From the IMG/VR virus record IMGVR_UViG_3300043436_003324: a stretch of 64,000 nt of DNA, one strand, 5' to 3'. Position 1 is the stretch's first letter. Each line of letters starts with the position of its first letter. Shown here in pieces: positions 10,324 through 19,389 of this stretch. A model generated the notes under the pieces. It was not told the origin of the DNA, did no database searches, and saw nothing but the letters and a program-made list of their open reading frames with translations. The stretch comes from a virus. The translations under genes were made by a program, and so were the position numbers.

Positions 10324-11284
10324 TTTTTTCTAAGATTGCTAAACCAAAACCATATTTACCAAAATCATTGCCGTTATAAGTCATATATGTTTCATTATTT
10401 ATTTTAAAAACGTGAGGGTAGTGTTGCATTGTACTGTCCCACCCGCCTTCTGAATAGGATATTCCTGACTCACTGTCTTTACGATTCCAATTGAATAAAT
10501 CTTTTGACGTTGCGTAACCTATTTTATATCCTCTCCCTAAAGTCTCTCTAAAATCTGTCCCCTCTCTGTACACAAAATACATATGATATTCTCCGTTATA
10601 TTCAAAAACATCGGGACCTGCTTGGCATTCATTTTCACCTAAAACATCGTTTATAATATTTTTATTATATCTTTCCCATTTTATTCCATCTTTAGATGTT
10701 GCCATTCTATTTTTATAAATTATTTCTGGTCTACCGTTTACGTTTATCCATTTTGTTCCTGATAAATAAAACATAAACCATTCATTATTAAATTTTCTAA
10801 TTTTTGGTCCACTAATAACAAAAGGTTCGTCTAAATCTGCAGAAATGATTGGTCCTTTACCTAATCTTTTAAATGTTTCTCCATTATCATAACTAATCGC
10901 AACCCCAATTGAGGTGTTAAATGGTACTGATTGTCCTCTTGTCCATCCCGCATAATAGAAAAGAATTTTGTCTCCATCAACAATATTAGAAGATGGATAA
11001 ACCGCAAATTCATCAAATGTTCCTAATTCCCCTAGATCCATTATTGGTTTATCTGAAACTCTTATTATTTTAGTTAGATCTTCTTTATCAACGTCTAAAA
11101 ATGTGGTGTATGATTTTGCAAATCCATTTATATCGTTTTCAGGTCTACAAGAAAAATATATCCTTACAACCTCATCCAATACTAAAGTATGAGTACATTG
11201 GGAGTGGGTCTTCATCCAAGACCGATCAATCCCATCATTCCATTTTGTTGGATCAAATATATGTCCTAGTTTTTTCCATTTCAT
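10316..11284 (-). CDS. Five-bladed beta-propeller glycoside hydrolase-like protein (GH32/43/130 clan)
   Basis: Repeated blades ending in W (ATSKDGIKW, ATSKDLFNW), GTFDEFAVYP, YNGNDFGK; typical partner of WbqC in bacterial sugar loci. Confidence 0.7.
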   Translation of the reverse strand: MKWKKLGHIFDPTKWNDGIDRSWMKTHSQCTHTLVLDEVVRIYFSCRPENDINGFAKSYTTFLDVDKEDLTKIIRVSDKPIMDLGELGTFDEFAVYPSSNIVDGDKILFYYAGWTRGQSVPFNTSIGVAISYDNGETFKRLGKGPIISADLDEPFVISGPKIRKFNNEWFMFYLSGTKWINVNGRPEIIYKNRMATSKDGIKWERYNKNIINDVLGENECQAGPDVFEYNGEYHMYFVYREGTDFRETLGRGYKIGYATSKDLFNWNRKDSESGISYSEGGWDSTMQHYPHVFKINNETYMTYNGNDFGKYGFGLAILEKNV

Positions 11285-11982
11285 ATTAAAGTATAATTAT
11301 TTAAATATTCTTTTATTTGGTCTCTTGAATTAAACATCATTACATCAATTATTGACAACCAAGGAACAAATTCATTATTAAATTGTGTATATTGGATTGG
11401 GTTTGATTTGATGAAATTGAGTTCAATATTATTTTGTTTAAAGGTTTCTTTGTTATATAATTCTACCCCACCTATAGAGTTTATATAAATATCCGCATTT
11501 TGTTCTTTACATAAGGATAAGACTTTATCTTGAGATTTCAAAGTATGGTCTGTATCTATTGTAGAAGAGATTATAATAGGTGTTTTAATTTCTAAATGAT
11601 CATTCATTAAAACGATACTATCGTATATAAATTTAAATAAATTAACCTCAGAATTATTTAAACATTTTGAAATTAACTCAAATGTTTCTTGAAAATAAGG
11701 GGATTTACCATATGAAGACTTAATAATATTTAACATCTTACTTTTATCTTTCTCCCATGACTTAGATAATTCTCGTTTTACTACATCTAAATAATCTGAG
11801 TCTTTTTTAATGGGTAAGGTAATAAGATGGTCTTTTCCATTTGATAAGATGCGGTTTCTATTTATCCACCCCTTTTTTGTGTATTGAATGTTATCATAAA
11901 TTATAAACTCATCAACAGAATTTATTAATTGGAAGTACCCGATGTAAGGTAAAAAGTATGGTTGCATTATTGCAAGTTTCAT
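11281..11982 (-). CDS. wbqC: WbqC-like family protein
   Basis: MKLAIMQPYFLPYIGYFQLI, YDNIQYTKKGWINRNRI, LSIIDVMMFN signature. Confidence 0.9.
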   Translation of the reverse strand: MKLAIMQPYFLPYIGYFQLINSVDEFIIYDNIQYTKKGWINRNRILSNGKDHLITLPIKKDSDYLDVVKRELSKSWEKDKSKMLNIIKSSYGKSPYFQETFELISKCLNNSEVNLFKFIYDSIVLMNDHLEIKTPIIISSTIDTDHTLKSQDKVLSLCKEQNADIYINSIGGVELYNKETFKQNNIELNFIKSNPIQYTQFNNEFVPWLSIIDVMMFNSRDQIKEYLNNYTLI

Positions 11983-11984
11983 TT

Positions 11985-12824
11985 CTATAAATTATGTTTT
12001 ATAATTATTTTTTTTATATCTTCAGGGATTTCAATTAAATTAGGCATAAACCATTCATATAATCTGTTTTTTACTGAGATCTCATCTTCTAATATAAGAT
12101 ATTCCTTACAATACGAATATAATTCAATAGTCTTTTTGTAGTTTTCTAACATTGTAGTTATATCCATTTCTCTTAAGTGAACGGTATACAATTCAAATGG
12201 ATAATTTTTATCCTTTAAACCCTCAGTATATTCTGTGTATTCTTTAGCGTGTCTTCCTATAGTTCTTGGTAAGTAATTATTTTTATATATTGTCAATTTA
12301 CAATACCATGACGTTTCTTTTGTTTGGACGATGTCACACCAAACACCAAAATTTCTTTGTTCTAAAAATAATTTATTATTTGTAAACTCAGATTCAGGAA
12401 TCTCTAAATTTTGAACTATTTCAAATCCCTGAGAAAAACAATAGTCCTCTTTTTTATCTAAAAACCAATCTAAATTATCGCAAAGTAATAATTCATCAGG
12501 ATCGGTATAAATTATATTTTTATATCCTAAATTATAAAATTTTCTAAATATATCAGAAAAAAACATAACATTATTAATTTCATTTATATTTCCATAGTTA
12601 GAGACATCAACCACATTAATATTTGATTCTGGATAATTCAACTTAAACTCATCAATATAGCTTATCAAGTTAAGATTTTTATCAAATTTGTCAATTAAAA
12701 TAATTACGTCAATATTATAATTAATTGCATTTTTTAACCATAAAGGAAAAAAAATATTAAATCTATCAAATCTTGACGATATACAAGAGTTTGATTTTTT
12801 TATAAAATTAAAATCATAAATCAT
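11985..12824 (-). CDS. Putative GT-A glycosyltransferase
   Basis: IIYTDPDELL DxD motif; sugar-gene context. Confidence 0.5.
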   Translation of the reverse strand: MIYDFNFIKKSNSCISSRFDRFNIFFPLWLKNAINYNIDVIILIDKFDKNLNLISYIDEFKLNYPESNINVVDVSNYGNINEINNVMFFSDIFRKFYNLGYKNIIYTDPDELLLCDNLDWFLDKKEDYCFSQGFEIVQNLEIPESEFTNNKLFLEQRNFGVWCDIVQTKETSWYCKLTIYKNNYLPRTIGRHAKEYTEYTEGLKDKNYPFELYTVHLREMDITTMLENYKKTIELYSYCKEYLILEDEISVKNRLYEWFMPNLIEIPEDIKKIIIKHNL

Positions 12825-13462
12825 TTTTTATATATTTCAAATTTAGATAAATCAGGGTATGGCATTTCTAAATCTTCATTATGTTTAGGAGTTTCCCCAT
12901 GATAAAATTGATTCATAAGTAACAAACCTCTTGCTGCCAATTCTGGCATCATATAAAAATTCCACCCCAACATATCAAAATGGTCATTATGATATGAACA
13001 TTCTCTTCTTCCAGAATATCTTGCTCTTTTAAACCAAAGATATGCATCATGATCATCGGTTAAAATGGCCCCTCCTTTTGATAATTTAAAATGTTTATAA
13101 GGTCCAGTAAAAGAAATGCACATATGCGTATTATGTTTATACATATTATGAGTAAAACTTAATGCCGAATCCCAAACATTACTACCAACTAAATTATAGG
13201 ACCCTTTTATTGTCTTACCCTCAACAGGTAAAAAATTTACTTTTAAACCTGCATGTATAATTTCACATGGTACGGATGGGTATGTCCTTGAAGGTATTGA
13301 TATTGTTTCTTCTGTTATACTTTTTTTTACATTTTTTTCATAAAAAAGAGATAAGAATAACGCATTACTTTGGTTATCAACAGTGACCACATACGGGGCT
13401 CCCGTATAGTCAGATAAAGATTTTTCAAAATCTTCGGTTATTTTATAAACACCATTTGCCAT
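12821..13462 (-). CDS. Short DegT/DnrJ/EryC1/StrS-family PLP aminotransferase (213 aa)
   Basis: FEKSLSDYTGAPYVV..N.SNALFLSL, WDSA, SFTGPYKH (PLP Lys), GGAILTDD, GWNFYMMPELAARGL. Confidence 0.8.
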   Translation of the reverse strand: MANGVYKITEDFEKSLSDYTGAPYVVTVDNQSNALFLSLFYEKNVKKSITEETISIPSRTYPSVPCEIIHAGLKVNFLPVEGKTIKGSYNLVGSNVWDSALSFTHNMYKHNTHMCISFTGPYKHFKLSKGGAILTDDHDAYLWFKRARYSGRRECSYHNDHFDMLGWNFYMMPELAARGLLLMNQFYHGETPKHNEDLEMPYPDLSKFEIYKK

Positions 13463-13464
13463 TT

Positions 13465-14982
13465 TTAAACTATTATAATTTTGTCTTTTATTTTTTCAAT
13501 TACATTTTCATTAATCATAGGAATAAAATTATGATTGTAATCATAAATAAAGTCTTCATCTTTTTTTGGGTCTTCGTTTCTTGTTTTAGATTCATAGTGG
13601 TAAGCAACACAATCCCCACAAATATAATTTTTATGATTACCACATAATAATTTAATATTTAATTCCACATCTTCTAAACAAGAAATGTAATTTTCATTAA
13701 ACATACCTTGTTTAATAAATGTGGTTTTTCTTACCAATAACAAACCTCCAGTACTTCCAATCACCTCTTTTAAATTATTATGATAGTTATAATAGTTTTT
13801 AAAATTAATATGTCCTAATCCAAAATTTGGGTTATTCTTTCTATTTAATGTAATAAAAATTCCGTCATGTTGTATGGTATTATCCTCAAAATGTAATCTA
13901 CAACCAACGCTACCCGTATTTTTGTGTTCATTAAAAACGTTTAACATTCCGGATATTACATCATTTAAAATTTTAATATCGTTATTACAGAATAGTAAAA
14001 ATTCATAATCATCACTAATTTGGTTTTTAACTACATCATTATTTATTTTTGCAAAATTATAATAATCGTAAGTGATTAATTTTACATTACCAATCGGTAG
14101 TATTTTATTTTTTATAATTTCTAGTTCATCATTATTTGACCCTGTGTCCGCAATAAAGACATCAAAAATATTTGAGTCGCAATTATCATAAAATGATTTT
14201 ACACATTCGTGTAACATACTAACATTTCCTTTTGTTGGTATTATAACTGCAATTTTTTTAAACTTTTTAAATTGTTTACGTTTTATTTGTGGAGCATAGA
14301 CTGACTCAGGTTTTAAATCTAAAGGTAATTTATCTCCCCACTTAGCAACAAATTTATTTTTACTCTCCCAAAATTCTTGGTTTGGTTGACCTACAGATTG
14401 GTGGGTAATTTCAAATGAGGTAGTAACCCCAATTTTAACATCATCAAGATAATTTGGAATACAAAATCCGTGATCGTAAAAATGGAACTTACCAATTGTT
14501 TCATCAAAGGTATGTTTAATTTTTGTTTTGTCAAAAGAAATAAATAAACCATCAATTGTTACAACAGGGATTATAAAAGGTAATTTAGGTGAATATCTAC
14601 TTAACCATTTTTTTTGTCCGTCAGGGTGGTGATAAACTTGACCCACCATAGTCTGACTTAATTTTTCCCAATATACTCCCGACTCAGGAAAGTAACAAGA
14701 TCCTGCCTTTCCTATAATTCCAAATTCAGGATTAGATACGAAATCATTAATTAATTTTTTACCCCAATTTTTTTCTAATTTAATGTCGTTGTGACAACAA
14801 ACTATAATATTGTGTTTAGATTCTTTAATACCTTTATTATAAAGTTCGGATAATGAATACTGGTTGTGGTTTATGTACTCCAATATTTGGATGTTATCAA
14901 TACCTGATGTTTGTAATAAATGTTGTTTAAATTTAGAATTATATTCTAAGTCTTTATGTGTTGAGTATAATATTGTTATCAT
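13465..14982 (-). CDS. Two-domain glycosyltransferase (two GT-A/GT2-like domains)
   Basis: N-domain IVCCHNDI...FHFYDH; C-domain IAVIIPT, NFAKINN, LFCNNDI, EDVELN, YHYESKTR. Confidence 0.8.
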   Translation of the reverse strand: MITILYSTHKDLEYNSKFKQHLLQTSGIDNIQILEYINHNQYSLSELYNKGIKESKHNIIVCCHNDIKLEKNWGKKLINDFVSNPEFGIIGKAGSCYFPESGVYWEKLSQTMVGQVYHHPDGQKKWLSRYSPKLPFIIPVVTIDGLFISFDKTKIKHTFDETIGKFHFYDHGFCIPNYLDDVKIGVTTSFEITHQSVGQPNQEFWESKNKFVAKWGDKLPLDLKPESVYAPQIKRKQFKKFKKIAVIIPTKGNVSMLHECVKSFYDNCDSNIFDVFIADTGSNNDELEIIKNKILPIGNVKLITYDYYNFAKINNDVVKNQISDDYEFLLFCNNDIKILNDVISGMLNVFNEHKNTGSVGCRLHFEDNTIQHDGIFITLNRKNNPNFGLGHINFKNYYNYHNNLKEVIGSTGGLLLVRKTTFIKQGMFNENYISCLEDVELNIKLLCGNHKNYICGDCVAYHYESKTRNEDPKKDEDFIYDYNHNFIPMINENVIEKIKDKIIIV

Positions 14983-15000
14983 AGTTTTCTAAATTCATTT

Positions 15001-15603
15001 TTATATACCAGTACTCCCAAACCCGTTGTCGGATCTATCTTTATTTTCAACCTCAGAAACTTTAACAATGTCAATCCATTTACCACAAACAACAGGACAT
15101 AAAACCGCTTGAGCTATTTTCATTCCTTTTGTTACTATAAAGTCTTCTTTATTTGTGTTAAATAATATTACTTTTATTTCTCCTGTATATCCTTGATCAA
15201 CAGTTCCTGGCGAATTTAAAACAAATAACCCTTGGTTTAATGCCAATCCACTTTTAGATCTAATTTGTATTTCATGATTTTCGGGAACATCAATTACAAT
15301 TCCTGTTGGGATTAGTTGTCTACCCATAGATGGTATTACAAATTCATCTACAGAATATAAATCCACACCAGAATCTGTGTCATATGCAAATTTAGGTAAA
15401 ACTGCGTCCTCATGAGTTAATTTAATTTTCATTTGAACTTTAGGGACATCTTCGGTAAAAACCCTTTCCAACTCATTAAGATCAATGCCATACTCATTCA
15501 TTAGAGCTTCTAACTCTAAGTCATCATTTACTTCATTCTCACTAAATAAACTTTCAAGATCTTTAGTTTGTGATAATATTTTATTTAATTGATTTTTATC
15601 CAT
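15001..15603 (-). CDS. dut: dUTPase (trimeric) with acidic N-terminal extension
   Basis: SGVDL, RSKSGLA, GTVDQGYTGEI, KIAQ, RSDNGFGSTG motifs 1-5. Confidence 0.95.
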   Translation of the reverse strand: MDKNQLNKILSQTKDLESLFSENEVNDDLELEALMNEYGIDLNELERVFTEDVPKVQMKIKLTHEDAVLPKFAYDTDSGVDLYSVDEFVIPSMGRQLIPTGIVIDVPENHEIQIRSKSGLALNQGLFVLNSPGTVDQGYTGEIKVILFNTNKEDFIVTKGMKIAQAVLCPVVCGKWIDIVKVSEVENKDRSDNGFGSTGI

Positions 15604-16304
15604 TATTTTAAATCTTTTAATTGTTTTATGAATTCAACTAACACATCAACATCTTTTTCACAATACTCAGCAATTTGGGGTAATTTTTGTTCTACCCAAT
15701 AAGCGTGATGTACTTTATCTCCTGTTATTTCTCCGTCTTTAGGTGTTGGTATTCCCATTGTGGAACAAACCAAATCTAAGGAACCTATTGACGTGTAAGA
15801 ACCATATTGCCAAATTTCTTTTGTGTCAATTGCTTTAACCTCCCAAGGCTTCGTATCGTAAGATGGTAATAACTTAGACGGTAAAATTCCATTTATTATC
15901 ATTCTTTTTGCTAACATAGGAATATCAAAATTCTTTAAGTTATGTCCACATAGATAGAAATCTAATTTATGGCATCTATCTAGAAGACTTCTCACTTGTG
16001 TTAATAAAACTTTTTCATCATCACCTGAGAATGTTTGTTTTTTTACTTCTCCGTTATCCATAACGAACGCCATAGAAACACAAACAATTTTTGCAAACTC
16101 AGGAACTAATGATGAACGTTTTTTAAAAACTTCTTCTTTTGATAACCCAATATCTTCTGGAAATCTTTTTTGAAACCAATCAAAATATTTCTCAAACTGT
16201 TCTGCAATTTCAGGACTAAATCTTTCGCAAGATTCTAAATCAGGACAACCCCCAACAGTTTCAATGTCAAGGAATAAAATTTTTGTAATGGGTATGTTTA
16301 TCAT
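15603..16304 (-). CDS. Stand-alone DEDD 3'-5' exonuclease (PolB-exonuclease-like)
   Basis: FLDIET (ExoI), HNLKNFD (ExoII), YCEKD (ExoIII). Confidence 0.85.
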   Translation of the reverse strand: MINIPITKILFLDIETVGGCPDLESCERFSPEIAEQFEKYFDWFQKRFPEDIGLSKEEVFKKRSSLVPEFAKIVCVSMAFVMDNGEVKKQTFSGDDEKVLLTQVRSLLDRCHKLDFYLCGHNLKNFDIPMLAKRMIINGILPSKLLPSYDTKPWEVKAIDTKEIWQYGSYTSIGSLDLVCSTMGIPTPKDGEITGDKVHHAYWVEQKLPQIAEYCEKDVDVLVEFIKQLKDLK

Positions 16305-16307
16305 AAT

Positions 16308-17525
16308 TTATTTAATTAAAGATTTGTAAAATTGATATCTTTCGCGAGTAACGTTATTAAGGTCATATTTGTCTTTCACGGTTTCATAAAGTCTTTCTCC
16401 AAGATCAACAATCATACTTGGATTGTCGACCAACTTTTTAATATTTTTTGCCCAATCACTATGATTATTATTTTCGTTAACCAATAAAGCGTTACCATCG
16501 GTAAATTTACCTTGATGTAAAGCGTGTTTTAAATCAATCGTGTATGGACCAACATTTGATGCAATTAAAGCTTTCTTATAAAATCCTGCCTCAATAACTT
16601 TCAATTGAGACTTCATTCTATTAAAGATATGATTTTGAATTGGTGATAACGATATGTCAAATTTAGAATAATTTTTAGCATATGACGTTACAGGTTTTGT
16701 CCATACTCTTACATAGTTCTCGTTATTTAAAGACCCAAAATAGGTTTCATCCGTAAATTTATTTAAAAACTCTTTGTATTTTGGTGAAACTATTTTGTAG
16801 TTATTAGTAAAAATTTCTTCGTACTTAACCCATACAGTTTCTTCAGGGTTGATTGGTCTTTGTTTCTTTTCTCCTGTTTGTTTATTTATTTCAGTAACCA
16901 TACCTCTTGTGTCAAAACCACAAACATAAAATTGTAATTTATCTTGTATTTGGGATAATTTGCTAACCGTCCCATCTAATAATTTTAAATCATGTAAGTG
17001 AGAGGATCCCCCTAACCAACCTACTCTTATTTTATCTGAAGGTAGTGTTTCCTCATTGTATTGAGGATCCTGTGGATCTATTGCGTTTGGTAACACAATA
17101 ACATTTTTATTAAATTTTCTAATCTCATTAGCAAAAATTTCAGTGGTTGTTGTTACGTATGAGGCGGCTTTAAGATTTTGAACTATTTTTTCATGTATCT
17201 TATTTGCCAAGATAAGTTGTTGTATTGGATGTTCCTTTGTTGGTAACCAATAATCGTCAATATCCCCAACAACAATAATTCCTTCTAATTTTAATTTATT
17301 TATTAAAGATAAAGATTTCTCATAATCTTGCCCAATACTTCTATGAAAATGAACAATTTGGTATTTTTTAAAATAGTTTATGTCATCAACGTTTGGTTGA
17401 TAATCAATATCAATATGAAATTCTTCAGGGTACATGTTTTGTAATTTAACATGTGGATCTATAGATCTATATTTACCAACACCTGATTGATCTGAAGGTA
17501 ATACTAATACGTTAATTTTTTCCAT
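16308..17525 (-). CDS. Glycosyltransferase GT-B (GT4-like)
   Basis: VTTTT..A, VLPNAID, VGWLGG.SH..D, FNRMKSQLKVIEAG, IASNVGPY. Confidence 0.85.
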   Translation of the reverse strand: MEKINVLVLPSDQSGVGKYRSIDPHVKLQNMYPEEFHIDIDYQPNVDDINYFKKYQIVHFHRSIGQDYEKSLSLINKLKLEGIIVVGDIDDYWLPTKEHPIQQLILANKIHEKIVQNLKAASYVTTTTEIFANEIRKFNKNVIVLPNAIDPQDPQYNEETLPSDKIRVGWLGGSSHLHDLKLLDGTVSKLSQIQDKLQFYVCGFDTRGMVTEINKQTGEKKQRPINPEETVWVKYEEIFTNNYKIVSPKYKEFLNKFTDETYFGSLNNENYVRVWTKPVTSYAKNYSKFDISLSPIQNHIFNRMKSQLKVIEAGFYKKALIASNVGPYTIDLKHALHQGKFTDGNALLVNENNNHSDWAKNIKKLVDNPSMIVDLGERLYETVKDKYDLNNVTRERYQFYKSLIK

Positions 17526-17531
17526 AACAAA

Positions 17532-17560
17532 AATATATCTAAATATTATGGAAATATCAA
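17532..17560 (-). promoter_or_regulatory. Sigma70-like promoter heading the sugar/nucleotide operon
   Basis: Minus strand TTGATA (17560-17555), 17-nt spacer, TATATT (17537-17532). Confidence 0.5.
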
Positions 17561-17573
17561 CCTAAAAGACAAT

Positions 17574-17604
17574 AAAAAATCCCCGTCTTAAAAGACGAGG
17601 ATTT
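17574..17604 (-). terminator. Intrinsic terminator
   Basis: Minus-strand hairpin AAAUCCUCGUCU/AGACGGGGAUUU (one G-U pair) followed by a U-run. Confidence 0.75.
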
Positions 17605-17627
17605 AAAAATTTTTAGTATAGTTAAAC

Positions 17628-18233
17628 TTATCTTGCAATCTTTTTAACTTTTAAAAGTTTACCTTCAAAAATATGTTGACCAACTCTAAATTTAAAAATA
17701 TCATTAGTACTTGATTCTGACTCGGTTAATAATCCATTACTTCTTAAAACATCCTCAACTGTCTCTTTCACTATGTTTTTAATATCATTTGCGGTAAGAC
17801 CTATCTGAGGTACTTTATTTTGAATTGTTGGACTTTGTTTTTTTGATTCCCCTATGTTATCTCCTTTGGCATTAATATTCATAAGTCTTGATGCCTTTTC
17901 AACTAAGTCATCAGATAATACGGAATTGTTTAAAGGTCCTGATGGTTGTTGTATTGGGTGTTCAATCATCAATCTTTTAATTTCATCGGGTAATCTAGAA
18001 TTTAAAATTTTATCTTCTGTGTTATCAAATTGGTTTTGTTTTTTTTGTTTTACTGCGTCTTCAGATAAATATTCTTGAGGTATGTTGTAAGTTCCTTTTA
18101 CAGGTTCGTACGTATCAACATTTATATTATTATCTAAAGATTCTGTTACTGTGTTTCTACCCATATTATTATGTTTTTGCATAATTTGTTTTGATATCTG
18201 TAGTTTTTGTAATAACGCTTCTTCTGAATTCAT
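17628..18233 (-). CDS. Hypothetical protein (about 201 aa; likely start MNSEE at 18233)
   Basis: ORF; the longer start at 18278 would overlap the WYL gene. Confidence 0.6.
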   Translation of the reverse strand: MNSEEALLQKLQISKQIMQKHNNMGRNTVTESLDNNINVDTYEPVKGTYNIPQEYLSEDAVKQKKQNQFDNTEDKILNSRLPDEIKRLMIEHPIQQPSGPLNNSVLSDDLVEKASRLMNINAKGDNIGESKKQSPTIQNKVPQIGLTANDIKNIVKETVEDVLRSNGLLTESESSTNDIFKFRVGQHIFEGKLLKVKKIAR

Positions 18234-18252
18234 ATTATTTAAATTTTTTTTA

Positions 18253-18636
18253 TTAATCAAAAATTGCGTTAATAACAACTCTTGACATACTTTTATCTCC
18301 GTTAGGGTTATAGTTTGGTCTAGGTTCGTTAAATTTCTCCATAGTTGGTTTTAATGCTATTATTTTATCTACTCTAAATAATCTCCAGCTTGGTAATGGT
18401 TTTTTACCTTTATACCCCCTATGTGAAGCTCCTTCCATATCCCATGCTCTTAAGACAGGGTTTCCGGATTTACTATACCCAAAACAAACAGGTTCAATAA
18501 TTCTTAAACCTTTTCCTCCCGGTTCATCACCATCATAATAAACAATCACCCTACGCTTTTTTTTAATTGCGTCGACTATTGAGGATATTGATGCTACCTC
18601 AACAATAATGTCTTTAAATGAATTGTAAAGTTTCAT
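18253..18636 (-). CDS. Stand-alone WYL-domain protein
   Basis: IVYY....G.RIIEPVCFG......LRAWD.....WRLFRVDKI matches the WYL SH3-like pattern. Confidence 0.8.
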   Translation of the reverse strand: MKLYNSFKDIIVEVASISSIVDAIKKKRRVIVYYDGDEPGGKGLRIIEPVCFGYSKSGNPVLRAWDMEGASHRGYKGKKPLPSWRLFRVDKIIALKPTMEKFNEPRPNYNPNGDKSMSRVVINAIFD

Positions 18637-18926
18637 TAGGTTAACGAAGCGTAAGGATATGGGTTGTCTGCTTTATATTTGTTAATAACAATTTCTGATT
18701 TTCTTTCTAATTGGTCGGTTTTTGTTCCGCCATTTACAGTATCTAAGAAAACACCGGTACCTCTACCTTTATCATCACCATCACTCATTGCATCTTTATT
18801 AGTTGATGAATACTCGTTTGTGGTCTTATAATCATTTTTAGGTATTAGTTTTTTTCTTTCTTGATCTGCATATTTAGACAACAAATTATTTGGTTGACTA
18901 AAATCTAAAGGTTCTAAAGTTGGCAT
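18636..18926 (-). CDS. Hypothetical protein (96 aa)
   Basis: Coupled ORF. Confidence 0.6.
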   Translation of the reverse strand: MPTLEPLDFSQPNNLLSKYADQERKKLIPKNDYKTTNEYSSTNKDAMSDGDDKGRGTGVFLDTVNGGTKTDQLERKSEIVINKYKADNPYPYASLT

Positions 18927-18927
18927 A

Positions 18928-19389
18928 TTAAATTATTTTTTTTATTAAATCGTTTATCCTAATTAGGGTTTCTTTTATTTTTAAATTGTCTGTCATATCA
19001 GACGCATCAAATTCACTCGCTAAAGGGCCCAAGTCTTTAAGAAAATTCTTATCTATTGGATCCTCTGGCATGTAATCATTTTTAATGGTCTTTGTAAAAT
19101 TATCGGTATCTCTTAAACCTTTTATTGTGTTTGTTACCCAATTTCTCATTAAATCACCACCATTTAGTATGTACGGAGCATCTTCCTTGTTTCCATTATA
19201 ATATCTAAACCAATTATCAATTCTTTCTAACTGTTGGAAAGTTGCGTTTTTAGAACTCCTTAATTCCTCATTTCTTTTATGTCCCTCAACAGAAGAATCA
19301 GAATTAGGGACTTGTTGAAAACAAATTGTTAAATGATCCAACAGTTCTTTTGGTACATCAATAATTTTATTATATAAATCTTTATTCAC
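18928..19389 (-). CDS. Hypothetical protein (153 aa)
   Basis: Coupled ORF. Confidence 0.6.
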   Translation of the reverse strand: MNKDLYNKIIDVPKELLDHLTICFQQVPNSDSSVEGHKRNEELRSSKNATFQQLERIDNWFRYYNGNKEDAPYILNGGDLMRNWVTNTIKGLRDTDNFTKTIKNDYMPEDPIDKNFLKDLGPLASEFDASDMTDNLKIKETLIRINDLIKKII

